Of a stretch of DNA of 64,000 bases, positions 28,418 to 42,112 are shown piece after piece. This stretch comes from Octopus sinensis. Lineage: Eukaryota. The stretch covers positions 46,686,001 to 46,750,000 of the forward strand of contig NC_042999.1 in assembly GCF_006345805.1 (NCBI RefSeq). The letters run 5' to 3'. Positions within the stretch are counted from its first letter, which is position 1. The number at the start of each line of letters is the position of its first letter. The translations under genes and the position numbers were made by a program. The notes beneath the pieces are model-generated. The model had not been told where the DNA came from, ran no database searches, and worked only from the letters and a program-made list of their open reading frames with translations.

Positions 28418-28600
28418 TCTTTACTACCCACAAGGGGCAAAACAAAGAGGGGACAAACAAGGACAGGCAAATGGATTAAGTCGATTACATCGACCCCAGT
28501 GCATAACTGGTACTTAATTTATCGCCCCCGAAAGGATGAAAGGTAAAATCCACCTCGGCGGATTTTGAACTCAGAACGTAATGGCAGACGAAATACTGCT
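28418..28600 (-). mobile_element. SINE family C fragment, followed by a short plus-strand head (~28611-28635)
   Basis: Matches 24600-24790. Confidence 0.85.
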
Positions 28601-28631
28601 TATGAATATAAGGCGGCGAGCTAGCAGAAAC

Positions 28632-28676
<45 letters not shown>

Positions 28677-31425
28677 ATACTCACACATATAAATATACGC
28701 AAAGAAATGCACGCACGTATCTTGATTTTCAGTTAGCTGATATTGAATCACGAGATTTGGAATATTTTCATACGTAATACTCAATGCAAAGTAAAATTGT
28801 AATTTCGTAAACTTCATATTGAATGGCAACTCGAGGAATTATTTTTAAGAATCCGGATGTATTCGGCGAAATGAAATCTTCCGTGCTGTTGTTATCGATC
28901 CATTTTCTTCATCAGTTAATCTAACCGAGTGACAGCAGAGGGTTGCTTAAACTATTTAACTGTGTCCTCTTTTAATTAAATGAGAGTTCGTAAAGTGTTT
29001 GATCAGATAGTAGAACATATACATGTACGTGCACCCCCACAGATACACAAATATATTAAACGGAATATTTTGTATCTAGTGAAATCTCGTGTAATGTGTG
29101 AAATGTAAATTGGTGTACATAGTAAGTTTCGGTTTTAAACTATTAAAGTTCTAACATTGGTTCTGTATTCATATGCGACATTTCCTAAGAAGTACTTCTA
29201 TAGCATCTAGAAACGTTTGAGTCTAATTTATTTACTGAGACTGATTTAGGCAGATGCTTACGTGTTTACAAATTTCAACTCTACTTTAGAAATATTTGGA
29301 GATATGGAATAATGTATAATTCGTTTTAGCGATTCTAAAGCGTTCATAATAATTCATTAGTGAATACAGTTAATACATACTACATTTTTCGGCACTCAGG
29401 ATAAGGTATTTCCTCTTGAATGATGGACAACTTGAATTGCACTCTATCTAGTTAGTAATTCTAAAGATTGATCTATTTTGCCAGTACCAACCTACTTCAT
29501 CTGATGCCACAATCTTCAGGTTAATCAGTAGGTAAACACTTATCTACTAAATCCAATTTATTACAATGTCTCCTTCTTTTCACTTTCAATGTGAAATTGT
29601 GATTATGGTTATCTGACTAATGTAGAGAATGAACGTGCCGAGGCTTTCCACCCGGAATACAGTGTGTGTGTTGCCATTTGATATACTAATTTTATATGCA
29701 TATATTGGATGTTTCAATGATGTTTTAAAAAGTTTCATGTGAAACTTTATGTGAGTTTAAAAATGCTGGATTTGTTTCTTTATCCAAGTTTCCCAGGGTT
29801 ATCAATTCATAGGAACAAAAGTTCGTTTTGAACGTCATTTTATACAGACCTTACATTACGATTATTTATGATAGAGGCAGTTTGAGACGAATACGAAATA
29901 TAGATGAATAAGCACTTCTATATCTCAAAAGGCTTCAGGCAGTGAACAGTAATGGCTGTCTCTTGACTTTAGCATCCAATATTTAAAACAAAATAGAAAG
30001 CTAAAAGAGAACTCTGGTACAATGAAGGGAATAATGCTTTTATACATAAACCGTACAGCATATATAACACATGCAAGCATTATAAAAGAGGAAAATGTGT
30101 GAAAAAACGGGCTGGGCAAATTCTCGTACGTTACGTACGGGGTATGAAGTTTACAACACAATTGATGCTAATTTGAAATAGAAAAGCAAATGTATGTTAT
30201 ATATTGAAACCCAATAAATGCAAAGCACATAAGACTACATAAGACAGTAAAATAATAGCACAATACAATAACATCAAATGAATCTTCATAACAGCGAGTG
30301 CCACGCAGTAAAATCTAACACACAGGAAACAAACAAATTACTAGAAGCCAAAGTGAGACAACAAAGGCCATTATCAAAATCTTCAAAATGTTTTGACGGC
30401 CATGACTATCGATATAAAATCAATCACCCAATTTCTTAGTCACAAACAGAGTTTGCTTCAGACACAGGCCTAATAAAAGACGCAAGAAAAATGCTATCAT
30501 AACAGAACAACCAGATTATCTTTGCGGAGGATCTATCAAAAATTACTCAGAGATGATTAAAACATGAATATACCAAAAATAGATTAAAATGGATCTCGAT
30601 AAAGACTTGTCCAAGTGACACATGAATAAAAAGCTTGACGAAAAATTATATAAACGTCACAGAATTCTGCAAGAAATTCTGTCCGCTGCAAGAAATTTCC
30701 TGAATATCGGGTGATTAATTGATTTGATCTATTTAATATTTGTGGTAGTATTGAGAAAAACAGCATTAATCGTAATCGTCTGTTCCTCGCTAAAATGCTA
30801 CTGAAGAAAATGGAAAGAAAATACATTACATAGATGGTAGAAAGGAAAATGACATACCCTTACTTTGAGAAGGAAACACGCAACATGAAAAATATAAAGA
30901 AAAATAAAGAATGCAACTGACAGAAAAATATAATATCAATAAATGAGCAAACATTCTGCAAGCGAAGTGAAGGCTTGAAGAAATCTTTTCAGCAAAAGCA
31001 TGTAGAATTAATCGCTTCCTAAAACATGAACGCTCTTTCCATGAAAACAAAGTTTGTGAATCAAATATCAGATATTATACAGAAACATTAACGAAAAGAA
31101 ATATTACACTTAATACAAACACACAATCCATGAACCCGTACAATTCAGCAGAATGTTTACTCATGTGGAAAGCAATAAATAATTACTACAGGAGCAGAAA
31201 GGATGCCATAATAGGATGTTCAGAGCTATAAAGGTCACCTACTTAGACCGAAATTTCTAGAAGTCAGTCAAAAGAGAAAAAAACTTTATTATGGCCTGGA
31301 TTACTTAACGGAAATCATATGACAGTATCTCATGAATACACGTATACACAGACCGAAAAAATAAACCGTAGAAATATAAACACTCTGCAATAGCTATTTC
31401 AACGATAAAAGAAAGCACAATTAAA

Positions 31426-32190
31426 TTGGGTTGGCAACTAAATTCAGGCCGTATTTTTTAAAAATTAAAATAAAAAAAAAAGTTTAATAAAAAATAACTA
31501 ATTAATCAATAATGTATTCACCCTTGTTGTTTACAACTTCTTCCCAATGTTCAACAAGATTTTCAATACCTCGTTGGTAGAAATCACCCGATTTCAACTC
31601 GAAAAATTGATCCAGCCAAGCTCTCAATTCTGCATTAGTATTGAACGAAACTCCGCGCATAGCATTTGAAAGAAATCGAAAGATGTGGAAATCCGTTGGT
31701 GCCAAATCAGGAGAGTACGGCGGGTGTGGCAGCACTTTCCAGCCATGCTTTTGAATGGCTTCCTTGGTCATATTGGCGATATAAGGGCGAGCGTTGTCGT
31801 ACAGCAGAAGAATTCCATGCTGCCGATAGATCTTTTCTATTGAATAGCCGTGTTGAATCGTTCCATCTGTTGAATATAGAGTTCCGCGTTGACCGTTTGG
31901 TTCCGTTCAAGCAATTCGTAATGGATAATCCTTTCCCAGTCCCACCATACGCAAAACATCGTTTTACGCAGATCAAGATCTTGTTTCACGCGCGGTGTCG
32001 CTTGTTTACCGGGGCTAAGCCATTCATTACGCTGCTTCACATTGATGTACAGGCACCATTTTCGTCGCCACTAACGATTCGGTAAAGAAATTATTGCTTG
32101 TGTCCATAAGTTCAGCGGTGATAAGCAAGCAAATCAGGGGAGATTGTGGCTCGTTGATTTTTGTTGTAGTCACTTAAAGCATGCGAAACA
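31426..32190 (-). pseudogene. Mariner (mellifera-like) transposase remnant with 3' TIR
   Basis: HPPYSPDLAPTDFH and CVWWDWERIIHYELL..QTVNAELY motifs; TIR-like TTGGGTTGGCAACTAA at 31426. Confidence 0.9.
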
Positions 32191-32440
32191 CATGCTCCAT
32201 AAGTATGGTAAATGGTAACAATACATGTTCTCTCAGATATATGCTCTTCATGTTCAAAAGAAGGAAAATGTTCGCGCGTGATAAAGTCACCAATGATGAT
32301 TATGGTAATGATGATGATGAAGATGATGATGATGATGATGATGAGGATGATGATGATGATGATGATGATGATGCTGCTGCTGCTGCTGCTGATGATGATG
32401 ATGATGATAATAATAATAATGATAACAACAACAACAATAA

Positions 32441-32860
32441 AAAAGATTCAGGGAAAACATTGATTCTCCCCAAGAGAAGAAATGCTTTCAGTAAAAGAAA
32501 CACTGTGATAAAATGTCCAAGCAAAGTTCAAAGAATACGAAGTTTTGAGAAGAGAAACAAGTTTTATAAGCAAAACAAGCTGTTCACATCTAATGCGAAA
32601 ACATTCTAGAGAGAAATCGGGAAGGAGAAAATAACCGTTGAAGAACTACTCCCATGGAAGAAGTTGAAAAATTCTAGAAAGATATCTGGTGTCATAAAAA
32701 GACAATGACGATGACAATGACAAAATAGGGCAGATATTGTATTCACCTCAATAGACGTTATTGATTGGTTGAAATTGCCAAAATGCAAGGAATTAAACAA
32801 CAAATAGCTTACAAACTATAGAATTTTCTCAGGAAAGCCAAGTGAAAAAGATGTTTTATG
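32441..32860 (+). mobile_element. R4/Dong-type retrotransposon fragment (region upstream of RT)
   Basis: QRIRSFEKRNKFYKQNKLFTSNAKTF*REIGK; follows a (GAT/GCT/AAT/AAC)n tract. Confidence 0.7.
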
Positions 32861-33067
32861 TAACACACTACCAGTATACGAAGTTTAAAAGTGTTTAGTT
32901 ACAAAGAAATTATTTAAAAAATCTACCAGTCGAAGTGAAAAGATCCAATGCATGTTCGAGTAGTGCTGTCTGGCACGTGAACGATTCAGCTAGCACGCCG
33001 CCTTAGTAGTAGTAGTAGTAGTAGTAATGATAATAATAATAACAACAACAACAACAACAACAATAAC

Positions 33068-33101
<34 letters not shown>

Positions 33102-33127
33102 TTAATAATAATAATAATAATAATAAG

Positions 33128-33327
33128 CCTCTCTACTATATGCATCAGGTCTGAAAATTTGGGGAGGGGACTGGTTGATTACATTGAATTACATTTGTTT
33201 TTTGACCCATAAGGGATGAAAGGCAAAGTCGACATGGGCAGAATTTGAACTCAGAACGTTTTTAAGATGGACGAAATGTCGCTAAGCTTTCGTCCGCCGT
33301 GCTAACGATTCTGTTAGCTCGCCGTCT
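33128..33327 (-). mobile_element. SINE family C
   Basis: Core and head match other copies; flanked by (AAT)n and (TAG)n. Confidence 0.8.
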
Positions 33328-33337
33328 TAGTAGTAGC

Positions 33338-33380
<43 letters not shown>

Positions 33381-33517
33381 TCAGCAGTAGTAATAATAAT
33401 ACTCTTAAGAATAATATTGTGCTTGGTAGAAACTACAAATTTTTGTAATATTTGAAAAGGAAAAATACAGCAATTGAAGGAAAATTTTATACGATATGTT
33501 ATATATTTTAATGTGAT

Positions 33518-33564
<47 letters not shown>

Positions 33565-33708
33565 ATATATACATACACACACACACACACGCATATATAT
33601 ATATATATAACATGTTTCTATGTGTGCGTGCGTGTGCGCATGTGTGTGTGTGTTTGTGTATGTGTCTATATATATGTTTTCCCTTCCTTGGACCTTTCCT
33701 TTCTCTAT

Positions 33709-33744
33709 GATTCTGATGAAGAGCTTCGCTCGAAACGTTAAATC
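33709..33744 (+). ncRNA. Minimal hammerhead ribozyme motif in a PLE-type terminal repeat
   Basis: GAUU-CUGAUGA-A-GAGC(uuc)GCUC-GAAAC-GUU-AAAUC; palindromic ACGU; stem I has one mismatch or bulge. Confidence 0.65.
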
Positions 33745-33845
33745 CTCCTTCCTTCTTTCCTTTCCTGAACGTCCAATAACACTATACTTGTTCCACGCCC
33801 TCGCGTCGTTGTTTTCTCTTTGTGTCCTCATGTTTAGATTAACGA

Positions 33846-33915
<70 letters not shown>

Positions 33916-33920
33916 CCTAC

Positions 33921-34039
<119 letters not shown>

Positions 34040-34170
34040 CAAATATGAGGGTAAGTAATTATCAATTTAAAATTAACAAAGTTTACCAAGTAGTTTCGGT
34101 CTGGAAATATAACCACTATCGGTAGGAACTTTTACAAAAAGGAACTTTATATATATATATATATATATAT

Positions 34171-34278
<108 letters not shown>

Positions 34279-34764
34279 CTCATAAATAAATGATAGGGGA
34301 GATGTTCAATGCACCCTTCTATATTTCCCATGCTGGAAAACAATTAACTTAGATAATGCGCAGGACTGTGTATATGTGTTGAAATGTGTGTGCATTCATG
34401 TATATGTGTAATCAATGTATTTCAGTTTTATGCAATTACTGGAACAGGTAGAAAGAATATATTGATATATGCAAATTTTTTTTCCTGAATAGAAATAAAA
34501 ACCACCTCAATATTTCTTTAAAACTGTGTCAGAAAGTTTCATTGTACAATATTTGTACTTTAAACATAATACCATACTTCTATATTACACACATGTATGT
34601 CATCTCTCGAATGACGTATAATAGAAAATAATGTAAATATCGAGCCCCCAATATATAAATGGTTTCCATTACAATTTTCCATTCTTAAGCAAACCAATTC
34701 CCCATCGGCCACTCAGTAAATATATTTTAGCAGCTCTAGTATTTATCTTTCTAAACACGTCGTT

Positions 34765-34826
<62 letters not shown>

Positions 34827-35389
34827 GTATGTATTAAGGTGTGTGTGTATACATTTATATATGTTGTTTTTTGGGAAGCACACATTCACCAAACAATAAA
34901 TTATATCTAAACGCCCTATTTTATCGTATGAACCTTTAGTCATATATTGTTCAAATAGTAACTTATTACTTATGCCAACTGAAGAATTCTATTCCTCACA
35001 ACATTACACGGAATACTGAACACACTTAATTGCAAAGTACAGATGTTTAAAGAGGGAAAGAGATAAAATATGACTTCGTATGACATGTTCAAACGGGCAT
35101 GTTTATAATATATAGATTCTTTTATATGAACACGGGCAAATAATTTATTATATTTAAACCAAAATCAATAGTGTGCTTATGGTGTTTCGCATATTAGATT
35201 AATATAAATAGTTTAACTTATATAGTATCAAAATCAAATTATATTAATGGTGTATATATATATTTAAATATATATATATAAATATATATATATATAAAAT
35301 ATTATTAGAGACAAAACCACTATTTTGCAAAACAAACAAGGAAAGACTTAATCAATACATAAAATTTTAATAAATAGTCAAAAAAACCG

Positions 35390-35432
35390 CCACTACAATT
35401 GTTTCTTGTCTTGATCGACAATCTTCAGGTGG
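35390..35432 (-). ncRNA. Minimal type-I hammerhead ribozyme
   Basis: CCAC-CUGAAGA-UUGUC(gaucaa)GACAA-GAAAC-AAUU-GUA-GUGG; all stems Watson-Crick; ACAAUUGU palindrome. Confidence 0.85.
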
Positions 35433-35474
35433 ACTTCCAATAAGTCAGTTTCAAATTATATATATATATGTACA

Positions 35475-35660
35475 TGTTTTTGTGTCTGTGTTTGTCCCCT
35501 AAACATCGCTTGACAACCGATGCTGGTGTGTTTACGGCAAAAGAGACGGATAGAATAAGTTCTAGTTTTATAACAAATAAATCCTGGGGTCGAATTGCTT
35601 AACTAAAGGCGGTGCTCCAGCTTGGTCGCAGTCAAATGACTGAAACAGTTAGAAGAATAA
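35475..35660 (+). mobile_element. SINE family B 3' half
   Basis: Matches 14625-14820. Confidence 0.85.
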
Positions 35661-35669
35661 AAAAAATGT

Positions 35670-36320
35670 ATACGTAACATTACTGGGCTTAGTAAATTAA
35701 TGTGGTCTCTAAAGGAACATAATAAACAATTTGATTTGGAATGGAATATTCTATCTAGAGTCTTTCCTTATGATACAGGTAAATCATTTTGCTCATTCTG
35801 TAACGATGAACTGTATTTCATCTTTTTCTCAGAGAATCCTCTTGTAAACACGTTTGAAAACGCGTTTATCGTTGCAAAGATTGGCAAAAACATACCTTTA
35901 ATTTCTATGTTATTTCTACCAGTATATAAAATTCGATCTTTAACTGTCCTCTTACATTTCACTCCCACTAAATATATCTATTTCCACGTCTTTAATCTGT
36001 ATTCCTATTCACCTATCGTACTATATTTCTTCGCTTTTAGTTTTCTGCTAATTTCTTTCTTCCTCGTTCTCTTTGTATAAATTGCCTTTGACCTTATATC
36101 TATTAACAGTATTTAAAAAAAATACTTTACCAGCGTTCCCTTCATCATATACGCACAAATCATATTCTGTTAAAATGTCTTATTGATGCGTTTTGCTTCT
36201 CTTTTTTTCCCCGATGAGAAGATTGCATTGTTTTACATCATTTTATTCCTTCTGGAATAATACCAATGTTTTCTTCGAAACATACGTCGGAAGTATAAAG
36301 ATTTGAATAACGCCTGCGTT
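35670..36320 (+). mobile_element. PLE 3' end: GIY-YIG endonuclease C-terminus plus terminal repeat
   Basis: LSKLMWSLKEHNKQFDLEWNILSRVFPY...CSFCNDE matches the PLE LSK.IW.LK...W.IL....Y...C.LC..E pattern; hammerhead downstream on the same strand. Confidence 0.8.
36207..36292 (+). ncRNA. Hammerhead motif with U4C core change and long stem II
   Basis: UUCC-CCGAUGA-GAAGA...UCUUC-GAAAC-AUAC-GUC-GGAA; internal CAUUG/CAAUG and UUAUUCC/GGAAUAA helices. Confidence 0.65.
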
Positions 36321-36433
36321 TGAATAAAATTATTTATTTATTTATTTATCTCTCTATACTTACATACACACACATACATACATACATATATATATATATA
36401 ATATATATATATATATACATATATATATACATG

Positions 36434-36505
<72 letters not shown>

Positions 36506-36507
36506 CA

Positions 36508-36567
<60 letters not shown>

Positions 36568-36575
36568 TTATATAT

Positions 36576-36612
<37 letters not shown>

Positions 36613-36819
36613 CTACAAAGAGTGAATGAGAGGAAGAGATTATGGTGTAGATATATGAAATACATTCACATACATAAACAAATGTTTAATGTATATATGG
36701 ATGTATAGATACTCAAAATGTGGAAATAATCGGAAGAAGAACACTGATGTATAAGCATATAGCTATCTATATATCTACAAAATAGATAATCTTGCATGGA
36801 GTACGAAATGTATAGAACA

Positions 36820-38330
36820 CTAAAGGGAGGGGGCATATTATTTCAAGCCCGACAGCTGTTTCTTGTGGCTGAAAATTACGTAATAGTTTTAATGATCATA
36901 AGTAGCATATGAACTGTGCAAAGGATTCTGGTAAAAAATGTCGAGAGAACCTTTGCCCAGTTATTTTTCGCACTCTCAATGCTGCTATAGTTTCATCTAA
37001 CAAACCCTATTTTTCATAGTCAGACTGTTAGAGAACAACCAGGAAATCTGGTAACATCAGCGACTGTTTTTCTTGGATTACGTAAAGTCAAATCTTCAGA
37101 AGTATATGTTGCCTATAATTGTTGAGGTTGTTTTATTAATACGTATTAATGTCAACAAGACTCTTCAAACAGGTCGAATGCTTTTAAGATCCGAGCAGAA
37201 CGCAATCAGCACTTCTTCAGAAGGAACAATAGCGCCCATTGGCAGATTATAATGGAACTCTATCATTTGAGATTATTTCTGTTTTAAGAGAGCCGATGTA
37301 ACCTTCGAAAGGTTTTTAGAATGACCTCTATTTGTTATAATACTTTTTCATTTTTGCCCAGCCTACAGAGATTTTTACGTCAATGAATATGTGTTCTCCC
37401 TCTTCACCACAGCAACATCCGTACGAGGAATCCGGCAAGTGTTAGACCTCAGTATAAACTGATGTGTGCTTTTATATACTAAGTATCGGCTTGATTTCCG
37501 AAGACCTGCGAATCTTCGAGGTGTGGTATAATATTATAATGTTTATTTTGTGCAAATTGTTGTTACCCATTGCATTTGTCTTATATTGCCTTTTCCCTTG
37601 GGTGGAAGGTTTTTTTCCTTCAGATTTGTGAAATATTTGATGGTTTGGACACTTTCATTTGCAAACATTGTTCATAGTTTCAAAGTAAAGGATTGGTTCT
37701 AGTGGGTCATAAATTTGAGATATGTGAACTCGATGATAGAAGAAAATCGAATTGTACTTTATCCCACAGAAATTTTGAATTCAGTAAATATCTGGTCTCA
37801 CACATCACACCATCAAAACCGAAACGAGATGCTACTATTTCTAAAACGTTGGCAAAGTTAGACAGGTGCTAATGGTTTCCCGGATTTCTTTTCAACTGTC
37901 GAATACCAACTTACCATACAATATAAAATGACTGAACTGTTCTTTTTAAGACCTGCTTTCGTTATGCCAAAAAATGAGAAAGAACTACATGGTTGAAAAA
38001 GCAGCGGGTTTTGTCATCCAACTCTAGTGCTCACACACGAAAAATGGTATGGTTTGCGATGAAACAATCCTAATTTTTTTTTGTAGATCAATGAAAGTTC
38101 AACTGAACATCCAAAGTTAAACAGAATAATGATCAAACTATAACATTGACTAGGAGTGCTGTTTAAAGAGATGTTATCTAAGTATATATAAATATCAACT
38201 TAAAACATTTACAGAAATAATTATAATGGAACTCTCTCATTTGAGATTATTTCTGTTTTAAGAGAGTCGATGTAACCTTCGAAAAGTTTTTAGAATGGCC
38301 TCTATTTGTTACAATATTTTTCAGTTAAAT
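36820..38330 (-). mobile_element. Heavily decayed protein-coding remnant, probably a DNA transposon (family unresolved)
   Basis: Broken minus-strand frames (FHYNLPMGAIVPSEE; DLTLRNPRKTVADVTRFPG); ~100-bp internal direct repeat at 37247-37350 and 38219-38322. Confidence 0.3.
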
Positions 38331-39424
38331 ATTCTTAATTAAACAATGTTAAAATATTATTTGTTAAGCCTTCACTGAGTTTGACAAGCAAAATTTGAAT
38401 AACTTACGCAATTAAAAATCACCAAATGTAGCATCTATTTTCTGAGAATTCTTTGCCTTTCAACTGAATATATTTAATATCAAGATGGCATTTTAAAAAG
38501 AACAATTTTGACTTAAAATTTTTTATTTCCCCATCATTCAATAGCACGACTTCCGAACTAGTTTTCTGTAAATAGGGATTTTACTCGCTGTAACTTAACA
38601 GGAATAACAAACAAATAAACGATTGTGAAAGCTCGCTAAACTTATGTTAACGTCAATTACGCATATTTTGAACTAAAACTTTTCTAAGCAAACTTTTCAA
38701 AGGTAAGGCGCTATTTATTACCACGTAGTTATATTAACCTTTGCGCCATCGCAATGAATGTGATATAAAGTATTACATTTTGACTTAAAACTGCATGTAA
38801 ATTTTATCGAAATTCGTGTGACAAGGTTATATCACTACTGTTGCAACTTAAGTTATCTTAAAGTTTGTTTAAGATCCTTTACAAAGTAGATTATTGTCAG
38901 ATTCTTGACATTTGACGATATACATTAATGGTTAAGAATGCTATTTAGGTATTCTTATAGCGGTTACTGATAATGGTAGAGCATTGGATTACTTTAAACA
39001 TTCATAAGTCCTTGCTTTAATTATCAATATCAGTCAGTATGAAATTCAACAGAAGCCGGAATAGCGAAAGTTAATAAGGACAAGACAACGAACCAAATAT
39101 GATATAAATAATAAATATATTTGCAGACAAGATATTAGTTACTAAGAGTCGCGCTTAGAAATGCTATTGTGAAGATGACAAAATTGCTAATCATATGTGT
39201 GAGATTTCCAATCAAATATTTAACATATTCCGGTGTATATATTCTGACACATACATAAACAGAAGTAGAAAGATAAACGTATTCGAGACATTGTCTATGA
39301 TAACAAACTAAAAGGGAGAAGCTAAGCGAGAAGAATACACGACATTAGTTGCAGCAAACTTATGAACGGGAGCTTGCAATGTCTCGTAAATAATAATTCT
39401 GCGGAAAATGTGTTGATTCCAATG

Positions 39425-39463
<39 letters not shown>

Positions 39464-39615
39464 ACACACACACACACACATACACACACGCACACAGAAA
39501 TATAGCTCATTATAAACAAAGGTAGACTGAACAATAATTCAAACTCGAACGTATTAATTAGAATTTCACAACATATTGTAATTACGTTCGAAATGTTTTT
39601 TTATAGTTATTAAAT

Positions 39616-39701
39616 GGCGAGCTGGCAGAAACGTTAGCACGCCGGGCGAAATGCTCAGCAGTATTCCGTCTGCCGTTACATTCTGAGTTCTAATTCCGGC
39701 G
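39616..39701 (+). mobile_element. SINE family C head only
   Basis: GGCGAGCTGGCAGAAACGTTAGCACGCCGGGCGAAATG. Confidence 0.85.
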
Positions 39702-40439
39702 AATTTATTTTAAAATTATTTATCTATCTATCTATCTATTATTATCTATCTATATCTATGTATGTATGTATGTATAAGGAAAATTTACGCCGAAGCAATG
39801 CTAGGATCCTACTTACCTGAAGACAAGCTTTTATACTGGTACTGTTGGAGCATATTTATGCAATAATGTGTATAAATATGCAACATTTAACAATCCCCAG
39901 CTCACAATGATGCGCCCAGACAGTTGTAGTGAATTGTAATAAAGCCTGTTCATTTCTTCTTATTGTATTAATATTCTTTTACATATACGTATCCAGTGAA
40001 AGGAGAACTCCTACTGTATGACAGCGGTGGTAGCAGATACTCGAAGAGGAGCATCGGAAAGCACGCTTTAAGGCTTTTCAGCAAGTTAATATATTATTAC
40101 ACACGGACACACACACACAAACTCACACACACACTCACACACACACGCGCACACACACACATGTATATACATGTGTGTTTGTGCATTTGTGCGGTTGTGA
40201 TCTTTGAGATTCGGTTAAGTACTTCATAGAATTCAAGCCGTTCGCTGGCAACGTAACAGGAATGTTTTTGCTTGAATGAATTCAATTTGTGACATTTAGG
40301 AATATGATAGATAGAACACCTATATATATGAAAGAGCATATGTGGACGTATTCGTATTGTGCATATTTTTCTTTTAATTTGAAAACTGCGTGTTTTATTT
40401 TACGTATGTGTAATGTCATATGGTCATACGCATTTGTCC

Positions 40440-41120
40440 ATATATTCACTAATGGGAACTCAACAGGCAATTAGTTGGAATATTTTATAAATCCGCACTC
40501 TACCACTAATGGATTGTATCTAGATGATGCGTGATCCTCTCCTTTGATTTTTCTTGAAGAAACTCAGCATTTCCAGGCTTTTATGTAAATCTGTTGATAC
40601 AAAACCCGGTGCACCGATGATAGGAGAAAAGAAATGAAAACATATAGCCCTAAAATAAGAGCTATATATGTTTCATTTACGGGTAAAACGTGGACATTTA
40701 GATACTTATTTATCGCTGTTATTGATGGGGATTTAGAATTTGTCACTCGTTACTTAATAGCAAACATATAACATGCAAAATGATATGTGTTATATTTATC
40801 GCAGTTCCAAGAATGCTACATTCCTTGTTGATAATGTACACTACGTTTTGCTTACACATTTTAGTCTGGCTAACTTGGTTCATATCGAACATCTGTAAAC
40901 TCAAATACCTATATGGACTAAATTTATGCCTCTGACACAAGACCTCCATTTACCATAGAGACTGTAGGGGATATTGATAGTATGTAATCGTGGAATTCAA
41001 GTTGTTTCAAGTGTCTTATCTAGTATCCCAAGCGTTGGCACTACTACTGGCACTGCAAAAATCATTACAAGAAGTTGTCCCATTAAATATAGATATATCC
41101 CAGCTCTGAAGTTTACCGAA
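40440..41120 (+). mobile_element. Decayed Penelope-like element
   Basis: Frameshifted LVGIFY / GLYLDDA (RT) and HKTSIYH..R...YV (endonuclease-like) pieces paralleling 21105-21310 and 35700-35900. Confidence 0.45.
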
Positions 41121-41127
41121 ATTGTTT

Positions 41128-41175
<48 letters not shown>

Positions 41176-41198
41176 AACACATACATATATATATGTAT

Positions 41199-41252
<54 letters not shown>

Positions 41253-42034
41253 GGACACATATGTGTGTGTGCACTTCATATCTCTGCTTTCCTTCTTCAT
41301 TTGTATTTTGCAACAAACATGAAATCCCAGACGGTCTGGAAATGTACGATAAAATTGTCATATGTAAATATGAGACGACGAATGTCTGCATTTTAATGAA
41401 TAAAGACTCATCTATATCACAAAAATTAAAATCAATAATATGTTTGGATGATATCAGCAAATTTGTGAAAATTAAGAGAGACAACACTGAAGAACCATAA
41501 ACGAAACTTACCAAATTAATTAAAGTTGAAAACACACAAATAGATTCTAATTATTTCCAGTATATAAGAATGTACATCTACGGAAACGTAGTCTTGAAAA
41601 CAGGATAGCACGTTAGCAAAATAATATTGATTTCTAATACACAAGACCAAATAGTCTTTGGACAGATACTAGTCGATTACATCATGGCTCTAATTTTGCA
41701 CATTCGTAAGTATGAAAGGTAGATTCAGAATGTAAAAGGACGTAACTAAATGAAACGAGACATTTTTTTTAGCATTCACTGAGACATAATACAAATGACA
41801 CTGCAAATAGGAAACATGATCACCATGTAATGGCAAAGCGTAAGTCATATTGTATCTTTTCAATGCAAGAGAAGGAATGCTAAATAGACCGAGAGGTATC
41901 AAAGCAGACATCACTAAAAAGATTAAAAAAAGCATGTTTGAAAATATACAATGATGCGCATAACGCAACGGTAATGGCGTGCAGCTAGTGATGCAGTTGA
42001 AAATAGTAACAACAACACTCATGATGATGATGAC

Positions 42035-42109
<75 letters not shown>

Positions 42110-42112
<3 letters not shown>

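Noticed and set aside
34075-34130. Hammerhead-like remnant on the minus strand (CCGATAG...GACC-GAAAC..GTA)
   Set aside because: Several core positions and stem I are broken; at most a fossil.
40564-41120. Hydrophobic minus-strand ORFs resembling a GPCR
   Set aside because: They are short, in different frames, and antisense to a decayed PLE remnant.
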